The notes under the pieces were generated by a model that did not search any database, was not told where the DNA came from, and worked only from the letters and a program-made list of their open reading frames with translations. From positions 6,754-70,753 of IMG/VR virus record IMGVR_UViG_3300029288_000164: a stretch of DNA of 64,000 nt; one strand, given 5' to 3'. The stretch's first letter is position 1. Each line of letters begins with the position of its first letter. Source of the stretch: a virus (lineage: Duplodnaviria; Caudoviricetes). Positions 36,317-45,649 of the stretch are shown here, one piece after another. The position numbers and the translations under genes were made by a program.

Positions 36317-39142
36317 ATGGGGAGAAAGACAGGGGCGACTTTTGGGCAGAGTTTGCCGGGGGGAGTTTCGGCAATGGGTGGAACTACGGGAAGTGGGTCA
36401 ACAGCGACCCACCTAACCAGGCCCTACGATCCCGAGGTGGAGTCAATTGACCGCCAGTTCTACCCACAGGACAGACTTACTGCAAATCGATATTGGAGGC
36501 TTTTTCACAAATACGATCCAGTTTTTGGCTCTGCAATTGATCTTTTTTGTGAGTTGGTTATTAGTGATTTTGAATTGATCATTGAGGATGATCCAACGAA
36601 GTCAATTAAGGATTCATTGGAGTATATGAATCAGGCTGTTAATATTCAAGATAAACTGAAGCATATTATTAGAGAGTTTCTTGTTATTGGGGAAGCTTTT
36701 CCACATTTATTTTTCAGCGAATCGTCAAATATGTGGGATTACTGTGCAATGCATAACCCCGATTTCATATCGGTAGCCGATATACCTGTGGTTAACTGTG
36801 ATCCGATTATTAACTTTATGCCTGATATGAAATTGAAAACTATGTTATCTGATGGATCACCTGAATCTAGGGAGTTCCGTGGGAAGTTGCCCCCTGAATT
36901 TGTGGCGAAAGTTTTAGCTGGGCAAAAGATTAGATTGAATCCCGTTAACTGTTCTTTTATTGCGAGGAAACTTCATTCGTATGACGATAGAGGCACTTCC
37001 CTCGCATCACGAATGTTTCGTATATGGATGGTTGAGGATGCTTTGTATAATAGCACCCTTGCTACATATCGTAGAGCCGCAAACCCCTTAAAAGTCGCGA
37101 AGTTAGGGGACCAAAGTAGCGGATGGTTGCCGAGTCCAGCGGTTGAATCTAAGTTGGCCGATCTTCTAGCACGGGCGGAAACTGACCCACAATGTTTTGT
37201 TCCTGAGACACTGGTTACCAAAGCAGACGGAACACAGTTAGCCATTGGAGATCTTAATGTTGGGGACAGTCTTTTGGATAAGGATGGAAATTCTTGTATT
37301 GTGGAAGCTTTGCAGGAAGAGTTTTCGAATGATTTGATTAATCTCAAAGTAATTGGATCACCCCTTATTAAATGTACCCCGCAGCATAAATGGGATATTT
37401 GGGGAGGGCCAAGAAAACTTTGTAGATCGAATCGCGCCCCTGCAAATCTTCGGAAGCTGGTTCTTTTTAAAACTTGGAACCCTTATCAAAGGTTGGAAGC
37501 TAAAGATATTGTGTCTGGTGACTATTTAATGATTCCTAGAAAATTTGAGGAAGTTGTGCCTTTAGATGTTTCTCCCGAGAAGGCCCGTCTTTTAGGTTAT
37601 TATGCCGCAGAAGGCTATACACGTTTTAGGTATGGGCAAAAGAAGCAGCAGCATGGTTTTGGCTTGTGCTTTTCTTTGCAAGAGAAAGATAAAGAGGTGA
37701 AGGATTGTGTTGAGATTATAACTGCCTTGTGCGGGTCTTCTCCTTCTCTTCGGTGCAGAGAAGAGGTGCATAGTTGTGAAGTTCAAGCCCTTAATTCAAG
37801 TTTTGATAGTTTGGCCCATTGGTTGGAGGATAATGCGGGGTTTGGTTCTCATACAAAAGAATTGTCTCCTGAAGTTATGAAATGGCCCTTGTCTTTAAAA
37901 TATGAATTTATGAGGGGTTATTTGGCTGGAGACGGTTCTTGCACTAAAATTAATGGGGATGTGAAGAATAGGTATGTTTCTGTTTGTTCAGTTTCTTTAA
38001 ATTTAATGAATCAGGTAAAATTGATTTTAGCACAATTGGGAACGTATGCTGCACTTCAAACAAAAATTAATCCAGAGGGTTCTTTTGGTGTGGGAAAGCC
38101 CTATTATCGTTTAGATTTTTGGGGGGATGTTGCTGCCACTTTTGCTAAAGATGTTTGGGGTTTTGAAGTAGAAACAAAACATGTGGGTTCTGGGGGTAAT
38201 TGGTGGAGGGATGAAAATTATATTTATATTTTAGTTAGATCGGTAACTCCTATAAAACTTGATGAACCGCAGAAGGTTATTAATATGATGGTAAGTGGGG
38301 ATCACTCATATCTTACGAATTGCATAGGTACCAGAAATTCTTGGTTAATTTGGAATTATGGCATCAACTTTGAGGCCTTCGGAGTTGCGGAGCGCAGTTC
38401 TACAATTGGAAAAGAGCAGAACAATATTAATGATGTAAAGTTCTTGGCGCTTGGGATAGCCAAAGGGGTATTATCGGGGGATCAGACTTTCGCGGCAGTT
38501 AAATCCGGTCTTCAAGTGTTCCTCCGTAGGCTTCTTTCACTGAGACAATTTATTGAGGCTATTTGGATTTATCCAAAATACTTCCGACCTATTTGTGAGA
38601 TTAATGAATGGGTGAAAGCAATTCCTTCTGAGGTCACACATAGATACAGGGTAAAGAGAACTGCACAAGAAATAAAGGATCAGAAACTGCTCCTGTTACC
38701 AAAATTGCAATGGAAAAACCGTCTTGACCCCTCTATTGATTCAGAGATCTTGAATGCTCTGAATCTTCTCAAGTCCTCGTTTGGGTACAAGGTTTCTAAA
38801 TCCACCTTGGATTCATTTACGGGCCTTGATTGGCAATCTGAGACGAGGAAATCAGTTTCGGAATGGAAGCAAGAACAAGAGACAGTTGATACACTTCTCG
38901 GTGCAACGCTCAAAGAGAAGTACAATGAACAGAACGCTCCTAAAGCCGCAGCGCCACCGGGAGCCCCCGGTTCTGGGGCCAAGCCCCCCGCAGCAGGGGG
39001 TAAGCCTCCTGGGCCTGGAAGCGGAGCTGGGTCGTTTCCTCCAGGGGTTTCTAAGGGTGAGGGCGAAGCTGCTCCTGGATCTTCTTTGAGCATGACTCCG
39101 GAAAATCCGGCTAGTGGCGGGACTAAACAAACAATTGAGTAA
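36317..39142 (+). CDS. Portal protein containing an intein
   Basis: YDPVFGSAIDLF, IIREFLVIGEAF; position upstream of the head genes; Pro/Gly-rich tail. ORF opens at 36185; ATG 36317 has an RBS. Confidence 0.8.
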   Translation: MGRKTGATFGQSLPGGVSAMGGTTGSGSTATHLTRPYDPEVESIDRQFYPQDRLTANRYWRLFHKYDPVFGSAIDLFCELVISDFELIIEDDPTKSIKDSLEYMNQAVNIQDKLKHIIREFLVIGEAFPHLFFSESSNMWDYCAMHNPDFISVADIPVVNCDPIINFMPDMKLKTMLSDGSPESREFRGKLPPEFVAKVLAGQKIRLNPVNCSFIARKLHSYDDRGTSLASRMFRIWMVEDALYNSTLATYRRAANPLKVAKLGDQSSGWLPSPAVESKLADLLARAETDPQCFVPETLVTKADGTQLAIGDLNVGDSLLDKDGNSCIVEALQEEFSNDLINLKVIGSPLIKCTPQHKWDIWGGPRKLCRSNRAPANLRKLVLFKTWNPYQRLEAKDIVSGDYLMIPRKFEEVVPLDVSPEKARLLGYYAAEGYTRFRYGQKKQQHGFGLCFSLQEKDKEVKDCVEIITALCGSSPSLRCREEVHSCEVQALNSSFDSLAHWLEDNAGFGSHTKELSPEVMKWPLSLKYEFMRGYLAGDGSCTKINGDVKNRYVSVCSVSLNLMNQVKLILAQLGTYAALQTKINPEGSFGVGKPYYRLDFWGDVAATFAKDVWGFEVETKHVGSGGNWWRDENYIYILVRSVTPIKLDEPQKVINMMVSGDHSYLTNCIGTRNSWLIWNYGINFEAFGVAERSSTIGKEQNNINDVKFLALGIAKGVLSGDQTFAAVKSGLQVFLRRLLSLRQFIEAIWIYPKYFRPICEINEWVKAIPSEVTHRYRVKRTAQEIKDQKLLLLPKLQWKNRLDPSIDSEILNALNLLKSSFGYKVSKSTLDSFTGLDWQSETRKSVSEWKQEQETVDTLLGATLKEKYNEQNAPKAAAPPGAPGSGAKPPAAGGKPPGPGSGAGSFPPGVSKGEGEAAPGSSLSMTPENPASGGTKQTIE
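37193..38338 (+). mobile_element. Intein with LAGLIDADG endonuclease (382 aa)
   Basis: Begins CFVPETLV, contains LLGYYAAEG and FMRGYLAGDGS, ends HSYLTNCIGTRN followed by Ser+1. Confidence 0.92.
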
Positions 39143-39192
39143 TCTTACACGAAATTCTCGTTCTCTCGTAATATACACTCAAGGGTTTAATA

Positions 39193-40254
39193 ATGTCTAA
39201 TCAAAATTTCGACACCTTCTTTGTGGGAGATGGTTCTGCGGCTTTGGCAGGTTTAGCAAATCCTACAGATTTTGTTTCCCAACTCAGCCAACTTTTCTCA
39301 ACTACTTCGAAAAGCGAAGCCATTTTCGAGATCGAGAACGATTTGGCTAATATCTCTAATAATCCTCTTCTCACTTCCCTCCTCACCCGGAACCCAAAAT
39401 CTCTAGCAAAGTGCCCCTCTTCCTCCATCGCTAAAATCTTCTTAACGACCAAGAAATCCTCCTACAGCACCTTCAACTATCTAGATCTCCTAGCGGAACA
39501 AGTTGGCAATGTCCCTATTAAAGAGGAAGATTTAATTGTAACCGAATCCGACCAATATATTATCGAATATCTCAAGAAAAACAGGATTAGCAAGGTTTCG
39601 GTAGAGAATGTCGCAAGGTTAATAGCCTTCCAGGACATGGGAATTAGTCAAGTTCGCTATTTTGACGAATGCATGTGTCCAATTTGCAAAGTCTACTCTG
39701 GCAAGATTTTTGACATAGATTTCGTAATGCAGCAGGTAATGGCCGGGGAATATCTAACCCATCCCGGAACAGGCAGCTATAGTCCTGTAATTTATAGGGA
39801 ATCATATACAGGGCCGCTAACACAAGCAGAGAATTTCAACATAGATTTGCTAACATCTCACGAAATTGAATTTGTTAATGTTCCTATAGAGTTAAGACAT
39901 CAAGTTACGATGGTTTTGCCAATAATTCTTAATCCATGCGATAAAGATGTGGTAATGTGCGGTAATTCAATTAACAGAGTTGAATTCGTAAATATGAGCA
40001 CATATTTGAAGGAGCAAAAGGATATTGATGGAATTGTGGTATACCAGGAAAATGATACCTTATATGTACACAACTCATATGTCGGGCATATGGGGCCAAT
40101 AGAGTTTGCTGAAGAATGGGTAAAGTCGCAAGTTACGGAAAAGGTGGATATAAAGAAATTGAGAAAATGTGATACGTATTTTATTAAGGGTAAGAAAGTG
40201 GCAAAATTTGAAGGTTTCTACTATGACTTGGAAACCGGGGAAAAGGTGCAATAG
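39193..40254 (+). CDS. Possible MuF-like minor head protein
   Basis: D-ECMCPIC...GKIF...HP resembles the MuF Cys/His motif; directly after the portal. Confidence 0.45.
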   Translation: MSNQNFDTFFVGDGSAALAGLANPTDFVSQLSQLFSTTSKSEAIFEIENDLANISNNPLLTSLLTRNPKSLAKCPSSSIAKIFLTTKKSSYSTFNYLDLLAEQVGNVPIKEEDLIVTESDQYIIEYLKKNRISKVSVENVARLIAFQDMGISQVRYFDECMCPICKVYSGKIFDIDFVMQQVMAGEYLTHPGTGSYSPVIYRESYTGPLTQAENFNIDLLTSHEIEFVNVPIELRHQVTMVLPIILNPCDKDVVMCGNSINRVEFVNMSTYLKEQKDIDGIVVYQENDTLYVHNSYVGHMGPIEFAEEWVKSQVTEKVDIKKLRKCDTYFIKGKKVAKFEGFYYDLETGEKVQ

Positions 40255-40676
40255 TGTCAAAGAAAATTGAAGTTCAGAAAACGGAAGTAGTTAGCATTAA
40301 GTTGCGTATTAAAGGTAAGGAAATTGATTTGTCACTTGATGAAGCCAGGGAACTCAAGGACGCATTAGGTAAAGTGTTTGCTGAACCTGTTACCATTAAG
40401 GAATACGTACCATATTATCCTTATCTTCCGTATGAGCCTTACAAGCCTTATGAACCCTGGATTCAACCTTATATTACTTGGACATTGGGGACAGGGGGCA
40501 CATCACAAGAAATTCAGTTTGGCCCAAATACGACAAGTGGAACGCTAACTGTAGGTAATGCTCCAGAGGCAATGGTAGAGGGTTACGAAAACATTATCCG
40601 TCAATATTGTTCAGGTCCAACAGATGCGACTTGTGATCTGCAAGGTTGTTATACAATTAATGTAGGAGGTAATTGA
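40254..40676 (+). CDS. Hypothetical protein
   Basis: Overlapping start; PYYPYLPYEPY low-complexity segment. Confidence 0.55.
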   Translation: MSKKIEVQKTEVVSIKLRIKGKEIDLSLDEARELKDALGKVFAEPVTIKEYVPYYPYLPYEPYKPYEPWIQPYITWTLGTGGTSQEIQFGPNTTSGTLTVGNAPEAMVEGYENIIRQYCSGPTDATCDLQGCYTINVGGN

Positions 40677-40809
40677 AAATGGTATTCCATAAAATCGGTG
40701 ATGCAGAACCCATTACGAAACCCTTGGCACCAGAGGATTTCAAGAAGCTTAATGGAGAGATTAACAAACCAACGCCCATCAAGATTCCGGAAAAGAAGGA
40801 TAGTTCAAA

Positions 40810-41145
40810 GTGAGATATTTTTGCATCTCCGAAGTAAAAGATGAAGTACCTGTTGCTGTGGTTTTTCATGACTACAAAGATGGCTCATGTATTTGCCGCT
40901 CAAAAAAAGAGTCATTTTTCAAGAGTTTTGAATTACTTCGCACACTTTCATGGACAAAAACCAGTAAGGAAGTGTTTGGCAATGGTGGTGCATTACGGCT
41001 GGTTTCTATGAGTGCAAATGATTACGAATGGGTGGACTCGGTTCTCTCTTCCTGCTTAGGGGGGTTTTGGGAAATTGTTAAAGAAGGCTCTTGTGTCAAT
41101 GACGAAAGTTCGATAGATGAGGTAGTGGGGGGGTTTTTGAAATGA
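40810..41145 (+). CDS. Hypothetical protein
   Basis: In-operon ORF of 111 aa. Confidence 0.55.
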   Translation: MRYFCISEVKDEVPVAVVFHDYKDGSCICRSKKESFFKSFELLRTLSWTKTSKEVFGNGGALRLVSMSANDYEWVDSVLSSCLGGFWEIVKEGSCVNDESSIDEVVGGFLK

Positions 41146-41588
41146 ATCCCTTACGTAAAGACAGCTTGATTGTTTGGCCATATGAATCTTGTCGTTGTTG
41201 TGGGGAACGAAATGTAATAGGTTTTTTAGTGATGGATGAAGTTTGGCTGGCTGTTACGGGGGACGAAGATACAATTTGGTGTCCTGCATGTTTTGATCGG
41301 GAAGCTCAGAGAAACGAGATTAAGTATAACTTTTTAGGGCTGTTTCCCGTTTCTTGGTGGATGATTGAGGAGGAGGAAAAACCCCGTGAATTGAGTGCTG
41401 CTACGAGAAAGCATCATGAAAGACTTGCCGATGAATTGCTCAGATCCGGGAAAGACGAACTCGACATTACCGAGCACCCCACCTATGATGAGTTTGAGTT
41501 CAGTCCAGAAGCCAAGAAAGTTTTCGAAAAGTGGGCAGATGAACTTATCAAGTCAGGAAAAGAAGTTATCTACCCCCTCGGCAAATAA
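41142..41588 (+). CDS. Zn-finger hypothetical protein
   Basis: CRCC...CPAC; two short C-terminal repeats ADEL(L/I)(R/K)SGK. Confidence 0.6.
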   Translation: MNPLRKDSLIVWPYESCRCCGERNVIGFLVMDEVWLAVTGDEDTIWCPACFDREAQRNEIKYNFLGLFPVSWWMIEEEEKPRELSAATRKHHERLADELLRSGKDELDITEHPTYDEFEFSPEAKKVFEKWADELIKSGKEVIYPLGK

Positions 41589-41845
41589 ATTTTATAGGTT
41601 TTGCGCTTTACCCGCTTGACTTTTCCTTTTAAAGACTTACCTTGTGTTTGTAGGTTTGGTAAATTTCTAACAAAGGGGTAACAAAATGAAGAAATCAGAT
41701 TTTGATGCTGTTGTAAGAACAATGTCAACAGAATTCCAGGAAGAGATGGCTTTGCCCCAAAATCCCCCATTCCTCCCCAATTATGAGTCAATATTTTAAT
41801 AAAAAGTCAGACGCAAAGTATATCGGTCTGGGCGATGTAAATGTT

Positions 41846-42140
41846 CTATGGGGCAGGTTCTAGAGGGGCCGTAAAAACAGCGGCGGTTTCTTGCGCTCCC
41901 TTTTTGATGTCCACGATATCCGCCCGTTTGCGAGGACCGCTTCCGTATTCCAACTCACACTCATCCCCGATTTTCATTTCTGGTGGAATGTTCGCAACGG
42001 CAAGCCTTAGCACAGGGCCTTTTAATGGGTGGTCAACATTGCCAACCCTGATGGTTGGGCCGTTTGAAAATAGTTGTGACTGTACGGAACCCAGAACCGG
42101 ATAGCTTTTTTTCTCCCCAGACTAAGCTGATGACATTCAT
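41846..42140 (-). pseudogene. Small gene interrupted by one extra A in an A7 run (or a +1 frameshift gene)
   Basis: AGGA RBS and ATG 42140 give MNVISLVWGEK; the protein-like frame SYPVLGSVQ...TAPLEPAP continues +1 after T7 at 42106-42112. Confidence 0.5.
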
Positions 42141-42311
42141 TTCAAATCCTTTCCTATAATGGACACTACGAAATGTAGCACCACGAAACAGATAAGCACA
42201 TTGGGGAATCCGTCAAGTGGCCATGGACCTTCTGTCCCTCGCGTTGCTGCCTCTTTAGACCACCGAAAAAAGCAATGATATCTTCAAGCTGTCAAAGGGG
42301 GACAGGAAGAA

Positions 42312-42728
42312 GTGGATATCGTAAAGCGAAAAATGGTAGACGGTTCTCAGGCGGTCGCCAAGAAAACCAGATCAACCAACGGAAGGGTTGCTATGCCAAG
42401 CAATCTCGGGTTCCACTATTTGTTGGTTCTCAATGTTGATCTAGGAAAATGGTGTGAAAGATATTGTCTTGAGCCTTATTGGGGTGAATGCGCCGATTGT
42501 GATGCCAAGTTGTACGTGGACCAACCCTTTATTAGTAAGAAAAGAAGAGGCTTGATATCTAGGCCCTGCTCATGCGGAAGCAGACATGTACCTTTTTCAT
42601 TTATTGATCTTGGGTATGATGAAGTAAATCTCAATTACCTGGGAAAAGCAGTTGGAAGTTCCACTTCTCAAGTTTCTCAAGAAATGCTTTCGAAAAAGCG
42701 CCCGAAGCTAAGGCTTGTTGACAAATAG
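42312..42728 (+). CDS. Zn-ribbon hypothetical protein
   Basis: CADC...CSCG; start uncertain. Confidence 0.5.
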   Translation: MDIVKRKMVDGSQAVAKKTRSTNGRVAMPSNLGFHYLLVLNVDLGKWCERYCLEPYWGECADCDAKLYVDQPFISKKRRGLISRPCSCGSRHVPFSFIDLGYDEVNLNYLGKAVGSSTSQVSQEMLSKKRPKLRLVDK

Positions 42729-43176
42729 GATCAACAAATTTAATTCCAGGCAAATGTCTTCGAACATAGTATCTGCCTGGCTTATAGTTGACGAAAAGAT
42801 TTCTGTCCGGATCTTGCTCCTTTCTCACTCTGTCCATTAGATTAAGTACGAACTTGGACAGTATTCGGGCTTCTTCTTTGGGGTCATCAATTTTATATCT
42901 GGTAAATTTTACTTTGTTGATACTGCCCCTTTCAATAAGATAAACGATATCAATTCCAGCACCAGAGATTGCTCCCTCCAGAGTATTCTGATCCTTCTTG
43001 TGGATAATTTGAATGTGCTTCAGAACGGCCTCTGTTTTGCATTTTCCGTCTATGATCGGTACCTGTTTTGATTTTCTCAAATGCATGTTCTCGTACTTAG
43101 CGTCCATGTAAGTGGAGAGGTGATCAAACAGTTCATTGAATTCTGCTGGTTGTAAGATAATCTGCGAACCACTCAT
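42631..43176 (-). CDS. Hypothetical protein
   Basis: AAGGAG RBS; 181 aa. Confidence 0.6.
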   Translation of the reverse strand: MSGSQIILQPAEFNELFDHLSTYMDAKYENMHLRKSKQVPIIDGKCKTEAVLKHIQIIHKKDQNTLEGAISGAGIDIVYLIERGSINKVKFTRYKIDDPKEEARILSKFVLNLMDRVRKEQDPDRNLFVNYKPGRYYVRRHLPGIKFVDPICQQALASGAFSKAFLEKLEKWNFQLLFPGN

Positions 43177-43228
43177 TGTACTGCTCCTTCTCTTAGTGCC
43201 ATAGAAACCGCCCAGGCCCTATGGATAA

Positions 43229-43618
43229 TTATGCAACGGTACCATTTGTAATCACCGAAGGAAGTGCTATTTCTCTGACAAAGGCGAAATCTACTACTTC
43301 TCGGATGGTATTGCAGCCGTCCGATTATACAATGCTCTGGACGGTTCCGAAGACTCAGATGCTTGGCTATTACTTGGGCCAGATGGGCAACCCATTGCGG
43401 ATATTACGCAACCCGAAGCCGATGAAGCGTATACTTGGCAATACTATCAAGCAATCGAGGACTTCCAAAACGACCCTGACAAAGACATGATTAGAGATTA
43501 TCCCTCAGAAGAAGACCTAGCACAATTTGATATTGCAACAGGCACAGTGGATGGAGATGAGAACATTTTCGAAGATCAGAAAATGAAGCCCAATCAAGAA
43601 TCATTGCCCCCTCTTTAG
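43229..43618 (+). pseudogene. Start-less open frame paralogous to 43675..44106
   Basis: GEIYYFSDGIAAVRLYNA...WLLLGPDG aligns with DVYYFSDDMVMVATNNA...WLVRVYNPDG; no start codon near the 5' end. Confidence 0.5.
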
Positions 43619-43674
43619 AATCCCGACAATTCCTTTCCTATACTTGCCTTTGAGACTAGCAACGGAGGTATTTC

Positions 43675-44106
43675 ATGCGTTTAAGCATTGGTGATAGCGG
43701 GATTAGCAGAATTGCTCAAGCGATACAGCAACAACAAGGCCTGCAAATAGTAGATGCTTCTCCAGAGGGCGAGGATGACGTTTACTATTTCTCTGACGAT
43801 ATGGTCATGGTTGCGACCAATAATGCTTGGGATGATCCGGACATAGGACAGGTGTGGCTAGTACGGGTCTACAATCCGGATGGGTCATGGAATATGGAGC
43901 CAGAATCCTATCTTGAGCATTTGCAACAACAGGATAGCGCCGGTACAGTCCCTAAAAGGGAAGAGGCTATTTCCACAGATTCAGAATGGATTAGTAAGTT
44001 CAGGTCGGAAATTCCAGAAGTGAAGAGGCAATATGATGAGGATAAGAAAGAGCAGCATGAACAAGAAGGCGAAAAACTAGACCAACCTGAGAACGTGCGT
44101 TTCTAA
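43675..44106 (+). CDS. Acidic hypothetical protein with DSGISRIA motif
   Basis: GGAGGT RBS. Confidence 0.7.
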   Translation: MRLSIGDSGISRIAQAIQQQQGLQIVDASPEGEDDVYYFSDDMVMVATNNAWDDPDIGQVWLVRVYNPDGSWNMEPESYLEHLQQQDSAGTVPKREEAISTDSEWISKFRSEIPEVKRQYDEDKKEQHEQEGEKLDQPENVRF

Positions 44107-44582
44107 TTACTTGGAGGACCTTCTCTCAAATATTGATCAATTGGATCTGGTTCGCTGGGAGTCTTAGGATACTCAAGTTCGGCGGGTTTTTCCTTGGTAG
44201 ATGATTTTGCTTTGGACTTCTTCTTGGTTACCTTTTTCTTTATTTCAGAACTGCCCTTTTCGATTTCTGGCACTTGTGTTGGGTTTGAACTTAATGCTGG
44301 GCAACAACGTTCATCACCGGGACATCCCTTGCCTTGTGTCTCTGTGTATGTTGCCCTGGAAAGGCAATGCTTCCATTTTGCGCCAGCAGTTTCCTTGTTC
44401 ATGCATTTGTAATCACCCCAATTGCCAATCACGCGGGGTTCGCTGGGAGAATAGAAGGCGTTTCCACAATCGGTAGTTCTATCCAAGTCAAATCTGTCCC
44501 AATTGAGAAGGAATATTAGATCAGCCAAAAGAAACATCACCCCAAGCGTGAAACTTATATAGGGGGACAAAGCCCCAAACAA
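44103..44582 (-). CDS. Membrane-anchored Cys-containing protein
   Basis: N-terminal hydrophobic helix, 6 Cys, Lys-rich linker. Confidence 0.5.
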   Translation of the reverse strand: MFGALSPYISFTLGVMFLLADLIFLLNWDRFDLDRTTDCGNAFYSPSEPRVIGNWGDYKCMNKETAGAKWKHCLSRATYTETQGKGCPGDERCCPALSSNPTQVPEIEKGSSEIKKKVTKKKSKAKSSTKEKPAELEYPKTPSEPDPIDQYLREGPPSN

Positions 44583-44728
44583 GGAACCACCAACTCCGCG
44601 TTGTCCGCGCTATCCTGGCACTGGCTTGCGGAGATCTCCATGCCGTCGATCCCGTTGCCGCCGCCGCCGTTGTCACACCCGACCAGCACGAACAGGCCCA
44701 GCCCCAGGGCAATCCCCCGCTTGTTCAT
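44555..44728 (-). CDS. Small lipoprotein
   Basis: GGAGG RBS; MNKRGIALGLGLFVLVGC lipobox. Confidence 0.6.
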   Translation of the reverse strand: MNKRGIALGLGLFVLVGCDNGGGGNGIDGMEISASQCQDSADNAELVVPCLGLCPPI

Positions 44729-44876
44729 GGAAAACCTCCGATTTCTGCGAATTTCAGAGATCATCCGCCCATGATGGAATCTTGTCAAGCACAGCCCGCC
44801 TTTGTCACAGGTGTACCCGTTGACAATTTCTTGGGTTCTGCGAGGCTGATTTAAACAATTCACAAGGGGGCTAAAG

Positions 44877-45116
44877 ATGGGGCTCATGAAATCACAAATA
44901 GATATTGTTCAGGCTTATGCAAGCAAAAACATCAAAGCGTGCCACAATTGCAAAAGAACTCTATTATCTGTGGGGGATGTTGTTCCAGCAAGCACACATG
45001 TCCCTGGTGCAGCGCAGCTTTCTGGGAAGAACGTCACAATGGTTCAAATTGTATGTATGGATTGTGGGTATGTTCATTTGTTCTCAACTCTCTGCGTAGG
45101 AATTCCAGAAGTCTAA
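44877..45116 (+). CDS. Zn-ribbon hypothetical protein
   Basis: CHNC...CMDCG. Confidence 0.55.
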   Translation: MGLMKSQIDIVQAYASKNIKACHNCKRTLLSVGDVVPASTHVPGAAQLSGKNVTMVQIVCMDCGYVHLFSTLCVGIPEV

Positions 45117-45649
45117 TAATTTGGATTTGGTCCTGGTAGGTGTATCCAATTTTTGAAATCCTCTTCTACAACGGGCACCCATTTGTAGTTACCCGGCTCC
45201 CCAATCCTTTTCTTCATCCACATTGGATAGTTGTATTTGGGTTTTTCCTTCTCGTTTTTGGGATCTTCCAAAACCTCTTCTTTTATTTCTTCATTGAGTT
45301 GTTCGTCCATTTTCGTTTCCTCCTCGTATCCTTATTGTACGATAGAAAGAGTCGGAGAATTAAAGGGACAGAGAGAAGGGAAGGCGGGAAGATTGACTAA
45401 AAATGTAGCCACAACGGAATTGGCTAATTTTGAGTCAAGCTGGGGGTGGACTAGGGAATTTTGGGTCAAGTGGGTATTTTGAGGCAAAGCCATGCCAACG
45501 ACTGAAGATCTCACTCTTATGGGCAAATTGTTAGAGTCTACGGGTATGTCCGGTTTTTCTTTCTAGCTAACAGCTCGCCTTTCCTTCCTATCTTATTTAC
45601 ATATTTAACCTTCCTCTTTAGGAAATACAAACGGATTAAATCTATAATC

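Noticed and set aside
41846-42136. In-frame TAG (ATG TCA TCA GCT TAG) suggesting amber recoding or an alternative genetic code
   Set aside because: Many clear genes end in TAG (12671, 26282, 50612, 56604, 59053) and long genes contain none; an A-run indel explains the locus.
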